Source: Escherichia typing phage 1. From it: DNA of 64,000 nt. Positions 1-10,372 of the stretch are shown here, piece after piece. The position numbers and the translations under genes were made by a program. The notes under the pieces are model-generated. The model saw only the letters and a program-made list of their open reading frames with translations, had not been told where the DNA came from and made no database searches. The stretch lies in the sequence record KP869100; one strand, given 5' to 3'. Every line of letters begins with the position of its first letter. The first letter of the stretch is position 1.

Positions 1-1023
1 CAGAAGTAATCCCTCTACGAACCACTGGAACACCACCATCAAGGTCAATAAAGTTACAGTGACGTGCATCTAAAGCTGACTTCTGAATACTTGTCAGAGG
101 TCTCTGATTAGATGGCTGTAGAGAAGCAGCTACGCCAGTTAACTGTACGTTACCCCAAGCAATTGAACCTGCATCATACGGAGCGCCATAAGCAATGTAT
201 GCCATTTCTGGATAGTCTTCTGCTGCTGTGTGATGCCACAAGCAAACGGTACGAGTGTACTGACTCTTAGCAAGCTGTGCTGGAACATCATTTGCACTGG
301 CTAATTCTGTACCTTGTAGGGCTGTTACATCAGAGTTAGCTGTAAAGAAAATCTTCTTACGAGCTTGAATCTCAGAAGCCATTGCTAAGACAAACTGTTG
401 AGTTCTATCTTCTGCTGCAATGAAATACCAGTCAGTTGAATAAGCCTCAATAGCTGCCAGAGCAGTCGATGCTGTGTCAGCAGTTGTACTTGCAATTGAC
501 ACTGTTTGTGCTGTAGTGGTAACCTTCACGAAGTCATTGTCACCCGCTTTGGTGATTACCATTGTTGCTGAACCACCAGCACCAGTTACATTGACGGTAA
601 CAAGGTCTTTTACAGAAGGCTCTGCTTCAATCTGAGTTTTAAGCTGCTGTAGCACCTTCTCAGCAGTATCTTCTGACTGTGAAGTGTACTGGAATGGCTG
701 AGAAACTCCACCGCTCACAGCTACAGTTAAAGAATAGTCGGTGCTCTCAGTAACCTCATCAGGAATTGATACAGTGTACTGCATAGCACGTCTACCAATA
801 TAAAGCTGAGTTACTTTAGGAGTCTGACTCCAAAGTTGTTTAGCAGCCTTATATGCAGCAGAGTTTTCATCGAAATCTTCAGCAACTTCAGTTAAGGAAG
901 TGTAACCACGGACTCTTTCTTCAAAGTTATCTGTTGAAGCTAAAAATAGTGGTAGCCCAAAACCTTCTCTTGTAGTTCCTGCGGTGTTCAATGTAATATC
1001 TACATTAACAATTGGATTCCACA
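1..1023 (-). CDS. virion structural protein, N-terminal part (tail sheath or major tail-like); continues beyond window start
   Basis: ATG at 1023-1021 on minus strand, then open frame to position 1; lies at the distal end of the head-neck gene string. Confidence 0.45.
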
Positions 1024-1024
1024 T

Positions 1025-1624
1025 TTATTTTACCCCTTTGGAGTCTACATCTAGATGGATAGTATATTCTGGTGGCTCTTGTCCTTCTTCGTAAACTAAT
1101 TCACCATCAACAATGACACGTTCAATAATTCCCCCACGTTCATCTTTCAGGACTGAATTTTTTACAAGAGTTACAACAAGAGGCGCAGAATTTTCGAAAT
1201 CTGTATTGAGATAGGTATAGTCATTCGGGATAGCTCCAGTGTCTAAAACTGTAGCTCCTGTCTCTTCAAGAATTAAATCTCTGACTGAACTCATCTCTAA
1301 TCGTTGTTTAAGCTCAAGCATAATACTGTGAGCACCTTTACCATTTACCGTAATTAATACTGGAATCTGAAAAGCAATTCTGTAGCAAACTACATCATCC
1401 TCAACAAACTTATCAAGAACCCAACCATAAGGTGTTGCAGCATCTTGACAATATACGGTAATAAATGGCTGGTCAGGTTTTAAACCTTTGTCATTTGAGT
1501 TATCAGAAGGGTAAGCTCTAATTACATTTGGTCTATTATTTTTATCACGAGCTAGTCTGTGACCAATAACATCCACTAAGGTTCTAACTAGACCTTTTTC
1601 AAGTTCTGCTGTTTCTAACTGCAT
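1025..1624 (-). CDS. hypothetical virion protein (neck/tail completion candidate)
   Basis: 199-aa ORF tightly packed in the head-neck operon. Confidence 0.5.
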   Translation of the reverse strand: MQLETAELEKGLVRTLVDVIGHRLARDKNNRPNVIRAYPSDNSNDKGLKPDQPFITVYCQDAATPYGWVLDKFVEDDVVCYRIAFQIPVLITVNGKGAHSIMLELKQRLEMSSVRDLILEETGATVLDTGAIPNDYTYLNTDFENSAPLVVTLVKNSVLKDERGGIIERVIVDGELVYEEGQEPPEYTIHLDVDSKGVK

Positions 1625-2000
1625 TCATTTTATCCCTTCTAATAATGATATATTCATAATGGGACGTATGGGCTAATTGCTGTGACCAATCCATAGTCAT
1701 AAATACTTCATACTCATGACCATCAATCATAACAATGTCAGACTCATTCCACTCTACATCATCTGAAGTTCTAAGTTTATATGTAGTATACAGGATTCTT
1801 GTATCGGTAAGCCTGATACCTTCCGGTAAAGCAATCTGTGTACCGTTCTTTACAGAACCTTTGATATATGGCTGGATATTACCTTTGCAGTTAACCTCTA
1901 CAATATCTTGTGAAGCTACCCAATCACCATCATCATTGTAATAACCGTCTTCAGAGACTTTACGCTTTACTACAAAGCTGTGTCTGTTTAAGAGTCTCAT
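1599..2000 (-). CDS. hypothetical virion protein (head-tail joining candidate)
   Basis: 133-aa ORF, overlapping start/stop with neighbours in the structural operon. Confidence 0.45.
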   Translation of the reverse strand: MRLLNRHSFVVKRKVSEDGYYNDDGDWVASQDIVEVNCKGNIQPYIKGSVKNGTQIALPEGIRLTDTRILYTTYKLRTSDDVEWNESDIVMIDGHEYEVFMTMDWSQQLAHTSHYEYIIIRRDKMNAVRNSRT

Positions 2001-2479
2001 TTCTTAATACCCTTCTTAGTAGAAATTTTATAAGCAAGGTTATCTCTTAAGTCACCTGTCTCAACAAGAGGTGCGTTAAAGCCTTTTTTCTTGACTGTGG
2101 AAGGTGCGTTAGGAGGGAGGATAGCAGAATTACCAAAACCCCTTTTAATTGCCTTCTGAGCATTCTTTGCAAATGCTTCTAAAGTATTTGAAGGGTCTGT
2201 GTTGAGACTGCTAAGTTGCTTATAGAGATTCTTCTTAGTCTGCTCTAACAAGGTCTGTCTGTTTAGCATCATAGTGATTTCAAACAACCTACGATATACT
2301 TTACCAGAAGCTGAAGGAACCCCAATAACTTCTTGTAAATACATTAAAGCAGGATAAGAAAAACCAGAGCTATGTTGACCTTGTTCTTGAAAATACCCAA
2401 CTTGAGCATTAGCCGTTTGCAAGTTCTTCATAGCCCCGACTAATTTTGCTCTAGCGGGGTGAATAACCCTTTTAACCAT
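1997..2479 (-). CDS. hypothetical virion protein
   Basis: 160-aa ORF in the structural operon. Confidence 0.45.
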   Translation of the reverse strand: MVKRVIHPARAKLVGAMKNLQTANAQVGYFQEQGQHSSGFSYPALMYLQEVIGVPSASGKVYRRLFEITMMLNRQTLLEQTKKNLYKQLSSLNTDPSNTLEAFAKNAQKAIKRGFGNSAILPPNAPSTVKKKGFNAPLVETGDLRDNLAYKISTKKGIKK

Positions 2480-2928
2480 TATTCATCTCGCTCGATAATA
2501 AATACGCCATTAACACGGTTGCAGTAATCTCTGCCTTCGTATCTGGCAGCATCACCATATTCTGTGTATTTCTTGACAGAGCAAGGATTTTGACGACGCA
2601 TATCAATGTCGCACTGATTAATACCACCTGCATAGGGTAGTCCTGAAACAGAGCTTTTAACAAGGTCGTCATAAACAGCTTTCAGAGATTTGAATCTGGA
2701 AGAGTTACGTAAATAAACACCACCAACCTTCTCATCTCCCATCTTGGCTACTTGAAAGAGTAAATATTTAAGAGCTTTGATGGCTGCTTTCTTTTCATCC
2801 TTTCCAGATTCTAGATAGAACCACTCTAGCACAGACTGCTCAATAAGAATTTCATCATTATTGGTGTCTGTGCAGAGGATTCTTACTCTATCAAGAGGGT
2901 TATTGGCTGGGTCGCCTGTATAGCACAT
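2479..2928 (-). CDS. hypothetical virion protein (head completion/adaptor candidate)
   Basis: 149-aa ORF immediately downstream of the capsid gene. Confidence 0.45.
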   Translation of the reverse strand: MCYTGDPANNPLDRVRILCTDTNNDEILIEQSVLEWFYLESGKDEKKAAIKALKYLLFQVAKMGDEKVGGVYLRNSSRFKSLKAVYDDLVKSSVSGLPYAGGINQCDIDMRRQNPCSVKKYTEYGDAARYEGRDYCNRVNGVFIIERDE

Positions 2929-2949
2929 TCATAACCCTCCTTAAGAATA

Positions 2950-4056
2950 TTAGTCTGGTTTAGCGTCAGAACGAACGTCTACCAGCAACTGAGGACGTGT
3001 GCAGTATGGCAGCATGTAAGAGTGAGCTTCAAAGTCAATACCTTCGTCACGGTCTTTTTCGTATTCGAATACGTACAGTTCCTGACCAAGTGTATTTGCA
3101 TAACCCATCTTAGGGCATGGACCATATGCCACTTCGAAGATGTTGTTAGCTTCACCCAGCATAGAAACGTTAGGGAAAGCATGACCTACACCAACAGTTG
3201 CTGCTACACTATCAATGCTCACCAGAGTGTGAACCTTACCACGCTTGTCTTTGAACTTACCGTTGTACTGGACAAACTTAACACCACCGTAGTAGAAAGT
3301 GTTCATGTGAGCCTGAACGCCGTCAGTACCACCAGTTCTCAGAGAACCAGTAATCTGTTGCCAAGCCAGCGGAGTCTGCTGTGCAAGATAAGCGTCACGA
3401 ATCTTAGGGTGTTTAACCAGTTTGCTGAAGAATAAGCGGTCAACAACTACGTGAATTTCTTCACCGTTGATTACAGTGCCAGTCTTAGCTTCGTCTTCCA
3501 TGTGCATACGCAGTTCTTCAATAGCAGCGTCAATGTCAGCATTAGGGTTGTCAAGGTCGAAGTAAACAGTCTTCTTCTCAACGTCGAACTGCTTGTACAG
3601 GTCAGCATACAGAGTACCACGAGCATCAACAACTTTACCCTTCAGAGCTTGCATAAACAGGAACTCACGAGTAATATCGAACTTGGTACGAATCTTCATC
3701 AGCTTCTTAGCACGTACTACAGCTTCAGTAGTCAGTTCGTTTGCAGTTCCTGGCTGACGTACACCCTGAATCTCATCAGGAGTAATGCTTTCAACTTCTT
3801 TGAAGTACATCATTGGGAAGCTGATTTGACGAACACGCTCAGGTGCGCTAGTCTCTGCTTTACGGCTATCGCGGTCTACCGCATCAAGCAAGCTAACATC
3901 CCAATCAGTCAAGTCCATAAGGAAAGTAGTTTGGGTGATTGGTGCTGAACGGAACAGACCTAAGTTGGAAATATACCCATAAGTATTTGGGATAGACTGG
4001 ACTTCACCAGTAAGGTCAGCAAGGAAAAATCTGCTTTTTTCAGAATTAGTCAACAT
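2950..4056 (-). CDS. major capsid protein (HK97-fold candidate)
   Basis: 368-aa ORF in the canonical position after protease/scaffold and decoration genes; size and gene order typical of a major capsid protein. Confidence 0.6.
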   Translation of the reverse strand: MLTNSEKSRFFLADLTGEVQSIPNTYGYISNLGLFRSAPITQTTFLMDLTDWDVSLLDAVDRDSRKAETSAPERVRQISFPMMYFKEVESITPDEIQGVRQPGTANELTTEAVVRAKKLMKIRTKFDITREFLFMQALKGKVVDARGTLYADLYKQFDVEKKTVYFDLDNPNADIDAAIEELRMHMEDEAKTGTVINGEEIHVVVDRLFFSKLVKHPKIRDAYLAQQTPLAWQQITGSLRTGGTDGVQAHMNTFYYGGVKFVQYNGKFKDKRGKVHTLVSIDSVAATVGVGHAFPNVSMLGEANNIFEVAYGPCPKMGYANTLGQELYVFEYEKDRDEGIDFEAHSYMLPYCTRPQLLVDVRSDAKPD

Positions 4057-4089
4057 TGTAAAATTCTCCAGAATGTCTTATTATTGTTA

Positions 4090-4467
4090 TTACAGGCCAG
4101 TTGGTACGAAATCAATACCTTTAGCAGCCAGAGCTGTCTTGACGGCAGCAGCATCAACGCTCGCTTCAAGAGTAAGCAGGTCTTTCAGTTCTGCATCACG
4201 GTGGATACCTACCACTTTCAACTGACCATGATAAGACAGTTGCAGGTCTGCGTAGAAATTAACGATACATACAGAGTCTGCTTGGGCTTCTTCTCCAGCT
4301 TGTACCTTAGTACCATCTGCTTTCATAACTTCACCTACACGGTATTCTGTTGAAGCAACTGGAGTGTACTCTTTACGAGAGTGGCCTGTTGGGGTAATCT
4401 GTTCCCAAAGAATGATATCATTCAGAGGTTCTCTGTTACCTAACTTAGTAAAACCTTGATATGCCAT
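4090..4467 (-). CDS. head decoration protein (candidate)
   Basis: 125-aa ORF between protease/scaffold and capsid genes. Confidence 0.45.
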   Translation of the reverse strand: MAYQGFTKLGNREPLNDIILWEQITPTGHSRKEYTPVASTEYRVGEVMKADGTKVQAGEEAQADSVCIVNFYADLQLSYHGQLKVVGIHRDAELKDLLTLEASVDAAAVKTALAAKGIDFVPTGL

Positions 4468-4478
4468 TATTGTGTTCC

Positions 4479-5825
4479 TTATTTGATAAGAGATTTTAGA
4501 GCATTCTGGAGAGCCAGTTTGCGTTGTTCAGCGGTGTCTTCGGAAGCATTCTTAGCTGGTTCTTTTTCTTCTTCAACCAAATCAGCTTCACCGTTATTAC
4601 CCATTTCTTCCATAGCATTAGAATGCTCAAGAACAGCACCAGCAGTTTCTTTCAGCTTGGTAATTTCTGATTCTTTTTCTTCCATTGCAGAAGCATGGGA
4701 CGCGATAGTTTCATTAAGTTTCTGGTTAGCACCTTCCATAGCATTCATAAACAGAACACTCAGAGGGTTATCAAGACCAGCACCTAAAATAGTCGTTGCA
4801 GCTTCTTTTGCATCAAATCCAAAAGCTTCAGCAGAAGCAGAAATCTTATTAGTCAAATCTGACAAAGCAGCTTCCTGTTCTTTGGCTTTCATTTGAGCAA
4901 CCTGAAGACGCAAAGCCTCTAGTTCTTGCTTTTCTTGTTCAGTCATTTCTTCACCTGAATTGTTAACGTTTAAACTTACAGGAGCCTCTTCAGAACCTTG
5001 TAAGTAATTTAAGAAATCATCTTGAGACATGATTGAGTTAATTAAACCAAGTTCAAGAGCTTCCTGAGCAGAATAAACATTCGCCTCAGTATTCTTTACA
5101 GCTTCTTCAGAGAGATTACGAGATTCGGCTACAAAACCTGTAAAGGTTGCGTAGGTATCATTAATTCTCTTTTGAAGTCTTTCTTTGCTTTCTTCTGAGA
5201 GTGCTTGGAATGGTGAACCCATACCTTTAAACTCACCAGCTTTGATGACGTTAATTGTTACGCCATTCTTTTCAAATGCCTTAGTTAATTCCTGATGAAC
5301 CATGATTACACCAATAGAACCAACATCTGCATCTGGTGATGCAATAATTTCTTCAGCAGAAGATGCAAGAGCGTATGCAGCGGAACAAGCGAACTCATCT
5401 ACATAAGCAATAATTTTCTTTTGGCCTCTTGAAGCCATAATGTGACGTGCTAATTCAAAGCAACCTGAAGCTTCACCACCACCAGAATCAATATGCAGAA
5501 CAATAGTCTTGATTGACTCATCTGCTAAAGCTTCGTCAAAGCCTCTACGTAAACCCTCATAAGAGCTTAATCCACCTGTACACATTGCATCAATGAACGT
5601 CATACGATGAGTTAAACCACCCATAATAGGGATAATAGCAATGTCATCTTTTACTTTTAAAAGACTTCTTGCGTCACCTTTGGGTTTATCAAAGTTTACT
5701 GCTGCTTGGACATCACCCAGCAATCTGTTATTCACATAAGTTGCTGCTGAGTGAGCTAATGATTCAGTGGCTAGTAAAGGTTGGTTGAATAATCTATCAG
5801 CAAGTCTGAAGATATTCGAACTCAT
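4479..5825 (-). CDS. prohead protease, S49 (SppA/ClpP-like) family, fused to a coiled-coil scaffold-like C-terminal region
   Basis: N-terminal S49-like peptidase region (IMGGL..., DSGGGEASG, DEFACSAAYALAS, SIGVIMV); C-terminal half is charged and helical. Confidence 0.7.
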   Translation of the reverse strand: MSSNIFRLADRLFNQPLLATESLAHSAATYVNNRLLGDVQAAVNFDKPKGDARSLLKVKDDIAIIPIMGGLTHRMTFIDAMCTGGLSSYEGLRRGFDEALADESIKTIVLHIDSGGGEASGCFELARHIMASRGQKKIIAYVDEFACSAAYALASSAEEIIASPDADVGSIGVIMVHQELTKAFEKNGVTINVIKAGEFKGMGSPFQALSEESKERLQKRINDTYATFTGFVAESRNLSEEAVKNTEANVYSAQEALELGLINSIMSQDDFLNYLQGSEEAPVSLNVNNSGEEMTEQEKQELEALRLQVAQMKAKEQEAALSDLTNKISASAEAFGFDAKEAATTILGAGLDNPLSVLFMNAMEGANQKLNETIASHASAMEEKESEITKLKETAGAVLEHSNAMEEMGNNGEADLVEEEKEPAKNASEDTAEQRKLALQNALKSLIK

Positions 5826-5836
5826 TTTTACTCACC

Positions 5837-6169
5837 CTATTTGTTTAAATCTACAGAGACTGAAGAGATAACATAAATACCTTCTTCAGCAAAGAATTGA
5901 GGTTTGCTAAGAGCACCAGTTGCCACGCATTTATCGTTAGCATCCCACAAGCTATAGTGTGAGACCGTTGCAGAAGCTGGAACAGTAATATTAACTGTGT
6001 CTTCTGAGGCAATTAAGCCGTTATCCGGTTCAGAAAAATAAATAGCCACTGGCTGAGTAACCTTATTTGCTGTAGGGTCTGCCGTTGGGTCTACATTGTG
6101 TAAAATAATAGTCGTTGGGGTTAGCGTGGCGAGGATTTTATTCTTACCATCAATAGTTAATGTTCCCAT
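5837..6169 (-). CDS. hypothetical protein (head module)
   Basis: 110-aa ORF. Confidence 0.4.
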   Translation of the reverse strand: MGTLTIDGKNKILATLTPTTIILHNVDPTADPTANKVTQPVAIYFSEPDNGLIASEDTVNITVPASATVSHYSLWDANDKCVATGALSKPQFFAEEGIYVISSVSVDLNK

Positions 6170-6669
6170 TAATTAAACCTTACTTTTTGTTTAAGGACTG
6201 TTGAATGGTTACCAGATTCATCTACCACATTTACAATCATATCATATACTTTACCTTTGACAAGTACTTTGTAATCATTTTGTGAAAAAATGTATTCAAG
6301 TCTGTTTGTTTCTTTATTAACTGTCATTGGAGATTGAAATGCAGTGTCGAGGGTAATGAAAGCGGCTTCAATGCTATTAACATTGATACGTTTATTCTCG
6401 CAGTTATATAACTTTACACCCAAAAGGCATGAACTGTCAAATGGAATTTTAACAATTTCACTACAATTTCCTGAAATAAACGGTTTCCCACTCATTGGAG
6501 CATCAAGTAACCTGCAAATAGTGAAAACGTCAGAGGTTTCACCATCACTTACATAACCTGAAAGGCTGACCCTTGAGCCAACCTCTACAGATAATTTGTC
6601 AGTGATAATAAGAACACCTCTATACGAATGCACTCGTGTAGCATTTGAAATAGAGATAACTTCAGCCAT
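6169..6669 (-). CDS. hypothetical protein (head module)
   Basis: 166-aa ORF between portal and protease genes. Confidence 0.4.
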   Translation of the reverse strand: MAEVISISNATRVHSYRGVLIITDKLSVEVGSRVSLSGYVSDGETSDVFTICRLLDAPMSGKPFISGNCSEIVKIPFDSSCLLGVKLYNCENKRINVNSIEAAFITLDTAFQSPMTVNKETNRLEYIFSQNDYKVLVKGKVYDMIVNVVDESGNHSTVLKQKVRFN

Positions 6670-8144
6670 TATTTATTTGCCTTATTTGCTGTGCTTGGGT
6701 CTTTCGCTGAAGGTGTCTTTGCAGTACCTTCTCCAGCGGTCTTATAACCATCTCCTGAACGGCTTTGGCTATTTGGAGAAAGCTTTTCAGATACTGGCTG
6801 AGACTCATCAGCAGGAGGAAGACCAATATGCTCTCTAAGCTTGTTAGATAGCTCTTTGTCAACTTCCAAAGCACCTACTGCAACAGTCTTCTGAATATAA
6901 GAACCAATTGCTTCAAGGTCTGGAGTTTCGATATCATCATATGTGATTTGTACATGTTCTTCATCATCCCACATATTAAGAGCATAAGTCTGTGCAACTA
7001 AGTCACGGTTAATTACGTTCTTAATTTGCTTCAGCAGAATATCTACTGACATCGCTAATAAGCTTGTCTTAGAATCTGCAAGAGAGAATGAACCGTATTT
7101 TGACTGACCCATAGCAAGAACATCTGACATAAATGCCATCATAATCTGCTTGGAGTATCTGTCAATAATAGAACCTGTATCGTATGCTTTAGCACCCTGT
7201 CTAGAAACTAATGAGAACTCGAAAATATCCTCTTTAGTATCTGGGTCGATATATCTAGGCCAGATTAAACCTGCTCTGTCATTAGCAATCATATCGTTGA
7301 CAACAGTTTTGCAGTATTGTACGAAAGCTTTCTTTTCAGGTTCTGCATTTTCATCCAGATAATCTGGTGGTAAACCAATCTTTGGCATACCTACCAAGTC
7401 TCTTGAAACACCAACAGCTTCATACTCTTCAATCTGTACTTTATACTTCCACGGTACATAAGCATTAAGTAATGGTGAACGACCTTCTGGATTTCCATAT
7501 TCATCGTCATACTTGAACAGCATGAATTTAGCTCGTGGAAGTTTTCTTGTTAGTGGTCTTTCTCCGAGATTAATTGCTCCAGCAATATGTGAAACATTTC
7601 TCAGATTCTGCCTAACACCTGTAACTTTTCTAAAGTCTTCGTCAAAATACCACTTATCAAGTGTTGATTGGTTTCTGATTGGTAATTTAGCCCATCCAAT
7701 TAGACCATCATCAAATTTAGACTGGTACTTTCCTTTTTTACCCTGACGCTTCTTATAAACTTTCTCGTTAACACAGAACCCATAAGTGCAGAATGACATT
7801 ACAGAATTAATAAAATCTGCCCAATCATGCTCCATGTCATCCATTAAAGAATTAAAGAAGTCTGCTCTTTCAAGCATTTTAGGGTCTTGCTCTTTTCCCT
7901 TTGGAGGTACGAATCTCCAGTTGACTTTTCTGACAAACATCTTAATAATATTTACAGATGCTGCTACAGCAGGGTCACGCATCATTAATTGGAAAGTTTT
8001 AATACTTTCAGGGAACCTTAGTGCCTGACGAGGTTCTTCATAGATTCTTCCATTCTTAACCTTCAGACCCAAAGAACCTACTTCACCCATTCTAAATGGT
8101 GGTAAGCTTTCTTGTGTTTCTGTAATATCTGCCATTCTTCTCAC
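6669..8144 (-). CDS. portal protein
   Basis: 491-aa ORF directly downstream of the large terminase; size and position typical of a portal; true start probably a few codons inside the ORF. Confidence 0.65.
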   Translation of the reverse strand: MRRMADITETQESLPPFRMGEVGSLGLKVKNGRIYEEPRQALRFPESIKTFQLMMRDPAVAASVNIIKMFVRKVNWRFVPPKGKEQDPKMLERADFFNSLMDDMEHDWADFINSVMSFCTYGFCVNEKVYKKRQGKKGKYQSKFDDGLIGWAKLPIRNQSTLDKWYFDEDFRKVTGVRQNLRNVSHIAGAINLGERPLTRKLPRAKFMLFKYDDEYGNPEGRSPLLNAYVPWKYKVQIEEYEAVGVSRDLVGMPKIGLPPDYLDENAEPEKKAFVQYCKTVVNDMIANDRAGLIWPRYIDPDTKEDIFEFSLVSRQGAKAYDTGSIIDRYSKQIMMAFMSDVLAMGQSKYGSFSLADSKTSLLAMSVDILLKQIKNVINRDLVAQTYALNMWDDEEHVQITYDDIETPDLEAIGSYIQKTVAVGALEVDKELSNKLREHIGLPPADESQPVSEKLSPNSQSRSGDGYKTAGEGTAKTPSAKDPSTANKANK

Positions 8145-8151
8145 CTAGCTA

Positions 8152-9768
8152 TCAACGTCTAAGCCCCTCATATGGGTTTCCTCTCACTAAATCTGTGTGA
8201 GCACCCATTGATGGTGGCTTGAATAATTTAACTTCGTTAAGACTGTTGAAAGCATCACTGGTAGCATCCACTTGGTCATCTTTAGTTTTACCATCACCAC
8301 AAAAGCCTTCAAGCTCTTGAAAGTAAGCTTCATTCCAACTACCTCTCAAGACTTTTACAAGTCCAGCTTCAGAAGCAGCAGAAAATCCCGCAAAGCGGGT
8401 AACTTTATCTTTATTTGTTGGTTTGGCTCTTGCACGATAACCTTTCTCGGCAAGTTTCCTGATGAGGGATGTTGCGTAGGATTTACCAGCAGCGCCTGGG
8501 TCTTGAGGGATAAAAATACCAGTTCGCTTACCGTCACTTTCAGCAGTCAAATTAATTTGTGTTTCGACTCCAGAGGGTCTATCTCTAAATCTTACTACAT
8601 CAATGATATAATAGCAACCGTCTTTTTTAGATTTACCCATCTTAACACCTGCTGTCCAGTCTGGATTAGGGTTAATCTCAGATGGTAAAGTTGCTGCTAA
8701 GTCCCATGCTCTAACATCAAATACATCTTCTGGTAGTGAATCAACAATTTCACACCATTGTCTTTGCCAATAGTTTGAACCTTCTGCACGAGCCTTCCAG
8801 TTACCGAAACGAAGTCTTGCAACGTTTACAGGGGTGTTGTTTTCCAACTTACCACGGTACTTAGGCTCTAAGAAGTCAAGGATTGGGTTATCATCAATCG
8901 TACCAGAGATAAAGGTGTATGTTTGAGGAATCTCAAGAGGGAACATTTCAAGAATCTTGTCTCTCTCCCAATCAGAAACCATCACACCATCGTTCATTAC
9001 ATACCAACGAATACGACCACACTTTTCAGGGTCTGGATAACCTTCTTCATCTAAGAATGGCTCTACCCAATCGTAAATAAAGTGGTCTCTGTCTGGGTTC
9101 ATAGAAATCTTCATGTATGAATCACCTTCAGCACCAGAACGTAGACGGGTTTGTAGGTATGAAATCTGTGAAGCAGAGAAGTGTGTACCTTCGTCAAAGT
9201 AAATAGCTGAGTATTCAATACCCTGATGACCTTCAGCGTGCTTTTCAAGTTCTAGGTAGGTAAACTTGATAGTTGCCCCAGAAGGGAATGTGATAGTCAT
9301 TTTCTGCTCGTGAGGAATCCCACCAAACTTACCAAATAGTTTCTTTGCAGCAGGCCATAAACCACCTTGTAGCTGTGTTGTATTTCGACGGAAATATACA
9401 GCATTATAGTTAGGGTCTTCAATAAATCTTAAAGAGTCCATTAACAATGCAGCAGTTTTACCAGCACCAGCAGCACCACCATAAAGAACCAAGTCAGCAT
9501 TAGTGTTTAAAAAGACCTCTTGAGAACCCGGCTGAGGGGCTACATAATTCTTATCAGTCATCAATTTAAAGATAAGGCGAACTTGGTCTGGTGTGTATCT
9601 TAATAAAGTCAGAATTTGAGTTGGAAGGAATTTAGAGGGGTCTTTACCGAATGATTTGATAATTTCTTTTACTTCATCAGAAAGCCCCAACTCTCCAGCT
9701 AGGACTTTCCTAACATCTTCCACTCGCTTCTGCTTAACAGCATTTAAGTCCATTAAGCACCTCCGCAA
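8152..9768 (-). CDS. terL: terminase large subunit
   Basis: Walker A-like LYGGAAGAGKTAAL near the N-terminus; 538 aa; first gene of the head operon. Confidence 0.75.
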   Translation of the reverse strand: MRRCLMDLNAVKQKRVEDVRKVLAGELGLSDEVKEIIKSFGKDPSKFLPTQILTLLRYTPDQVRLIFKLMTDKNYVAPQPGSQEVFLNTNADLVLYGGAAGAGKTAALLMDSLRFIEDPNYNAVYFRRNTTQLQGGLWPAAKKLFGKFGGIPHEQKMTITFPSGATIKFTYLELEKHAEGHQGIEYSAIYFDEGTHFSASQISYLQTRLRSGAEGDSYMKISMNPDRDHFIYDWVEPFLDEEGYPDPEKCGRIRWYVMNDGVMVSDWERDKILEMFPLEIPQTYTFISGTIDDNPILDFLEPKYRGKLENNTPVNVARLRFGNWKARAEGSNYWQRQWCEIVDSLPEDVFDVRAWDLAATLPSEINPNPDWTAGVKMGKSKKDGCYYIIDVVRFRDRPSGVETQINLTAESDGKRTGIFIPQDPGAAGKSYATSLIRKLAEKGYRARAKPTNKDKVTRFAGFSAASEAGLVKVLRGSWNEAYFQELEGFCGDGKTKDDQVDATSDAFNSLNEVKLFKPPSMGAHTDLVRGNPYEGLRR

Positions 9769-9774
9769 ATAGAA

Positions 9775-9975
9775 TTATTCAGAGTCTGTAGCAGTCTCTT
9801 CTTTCTTAACTTCGAACTTTGCATCAACAGCATCAAGAAGTGCATCCATAGATGCTTCTTTAATATCAATACCTGTTGCTACAGACAATCTGTCTGCAAT
9901 TGCCATGATAGTATTCTGCATAAATTCTAGCTTTTTATTAGCTTCATAAAGTTCTTTATAAACGGTCTCGCTCAT
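9775..9975 (-). CDS. hypothetical small protein (small terminase subunit not excluded)
   Basis: 66-aa ORF immediately upstream of terL. Confidence 0.3.
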   Translation of the reverse strand: MSETVYKELYEANKKLEFMQNTIMAIADRLSVATGIDIKEASMDALLDAVDAKFEVKKEETATDSE

Positions 9976-10106
9976 TATGTTTTCTCCAAATAGTTAACCA
10001 TGTTTCCCCTTAAAAAAGACGGCACAGAGACCGTCAAGGAGAAACCACAATGTACGTCAGAGACATACTGTATAAGTCTTCCTATAAAGTATAACTCTGT
10101 AAAAAA

Positions 10107-10160
10107 GCCCTGTCTAAAAATACTCTTCGGTAGCGAAAGGAAGAATACTTATAGCAGGGC
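10107..10160 (-). terminator. hairpin plus U-run downstream of the tRNA array
   Basis: GCCCTG...CAGGGC stem with long structured loop; on the minus strand it is followed by TTTTTT. Confidence 0.35.
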
Positions 10161-10197
10161 ATTATTATTATTTTAATTGAGAGAGAGTAAAATAACT

Positions 10198-10273
10198 TGG
10201 AGAATCCGAAGGGACTCGAACCCTTATAAACCTGTTTTGCAGACAGGCACATAGCCGTTTCTGTCACGGATTC
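10198..10273 (-). tRNA. tRNA-Cys (anticodon GCA)
   Basis: minus-strand cloverleaf: 7-bp acceptor GAATCCG/CGGATTC, anticodon loop CUGCAAA, T-loop TTCGAGT, discriminator U, encoded CCA. Confidence 0.7.
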
Positions 10274-10277
10274 AAAT

Positions 10278-10370
10278 TGGAGGAAGATACCAGACTTGAA
10301 CTGGTACACCGATTTCTCAGCTACTGGCAGTTTAGCAAACTGCTCCCTTACCTTTTAGGGTTAATCTTCC
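10278..10370 (-). tRNA. tRNA-Ser (anticodon GCU), type II
   Basis: acceptor GGAAGAT/ATCTTCC, anticodon loop UUGCUAA, long variable arm, T-loop TTCAAGT, encoded CCA. Confidence 0.65.
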
Positions 10371-10372
10371 AT

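Noticed and set aside
3022-8028. Plus-strand ORFs antisense to the capsid, protease, portal and terminase genes (for example 3022-3435, 3451-3948, 4456-4896, 7150-7362, 7786-8028, 8272-8688)
   Set aside because: Fully embedded antisense within long, well-supported minus-strand structural genes, with low-complexity composition; typical shadow ORFs.
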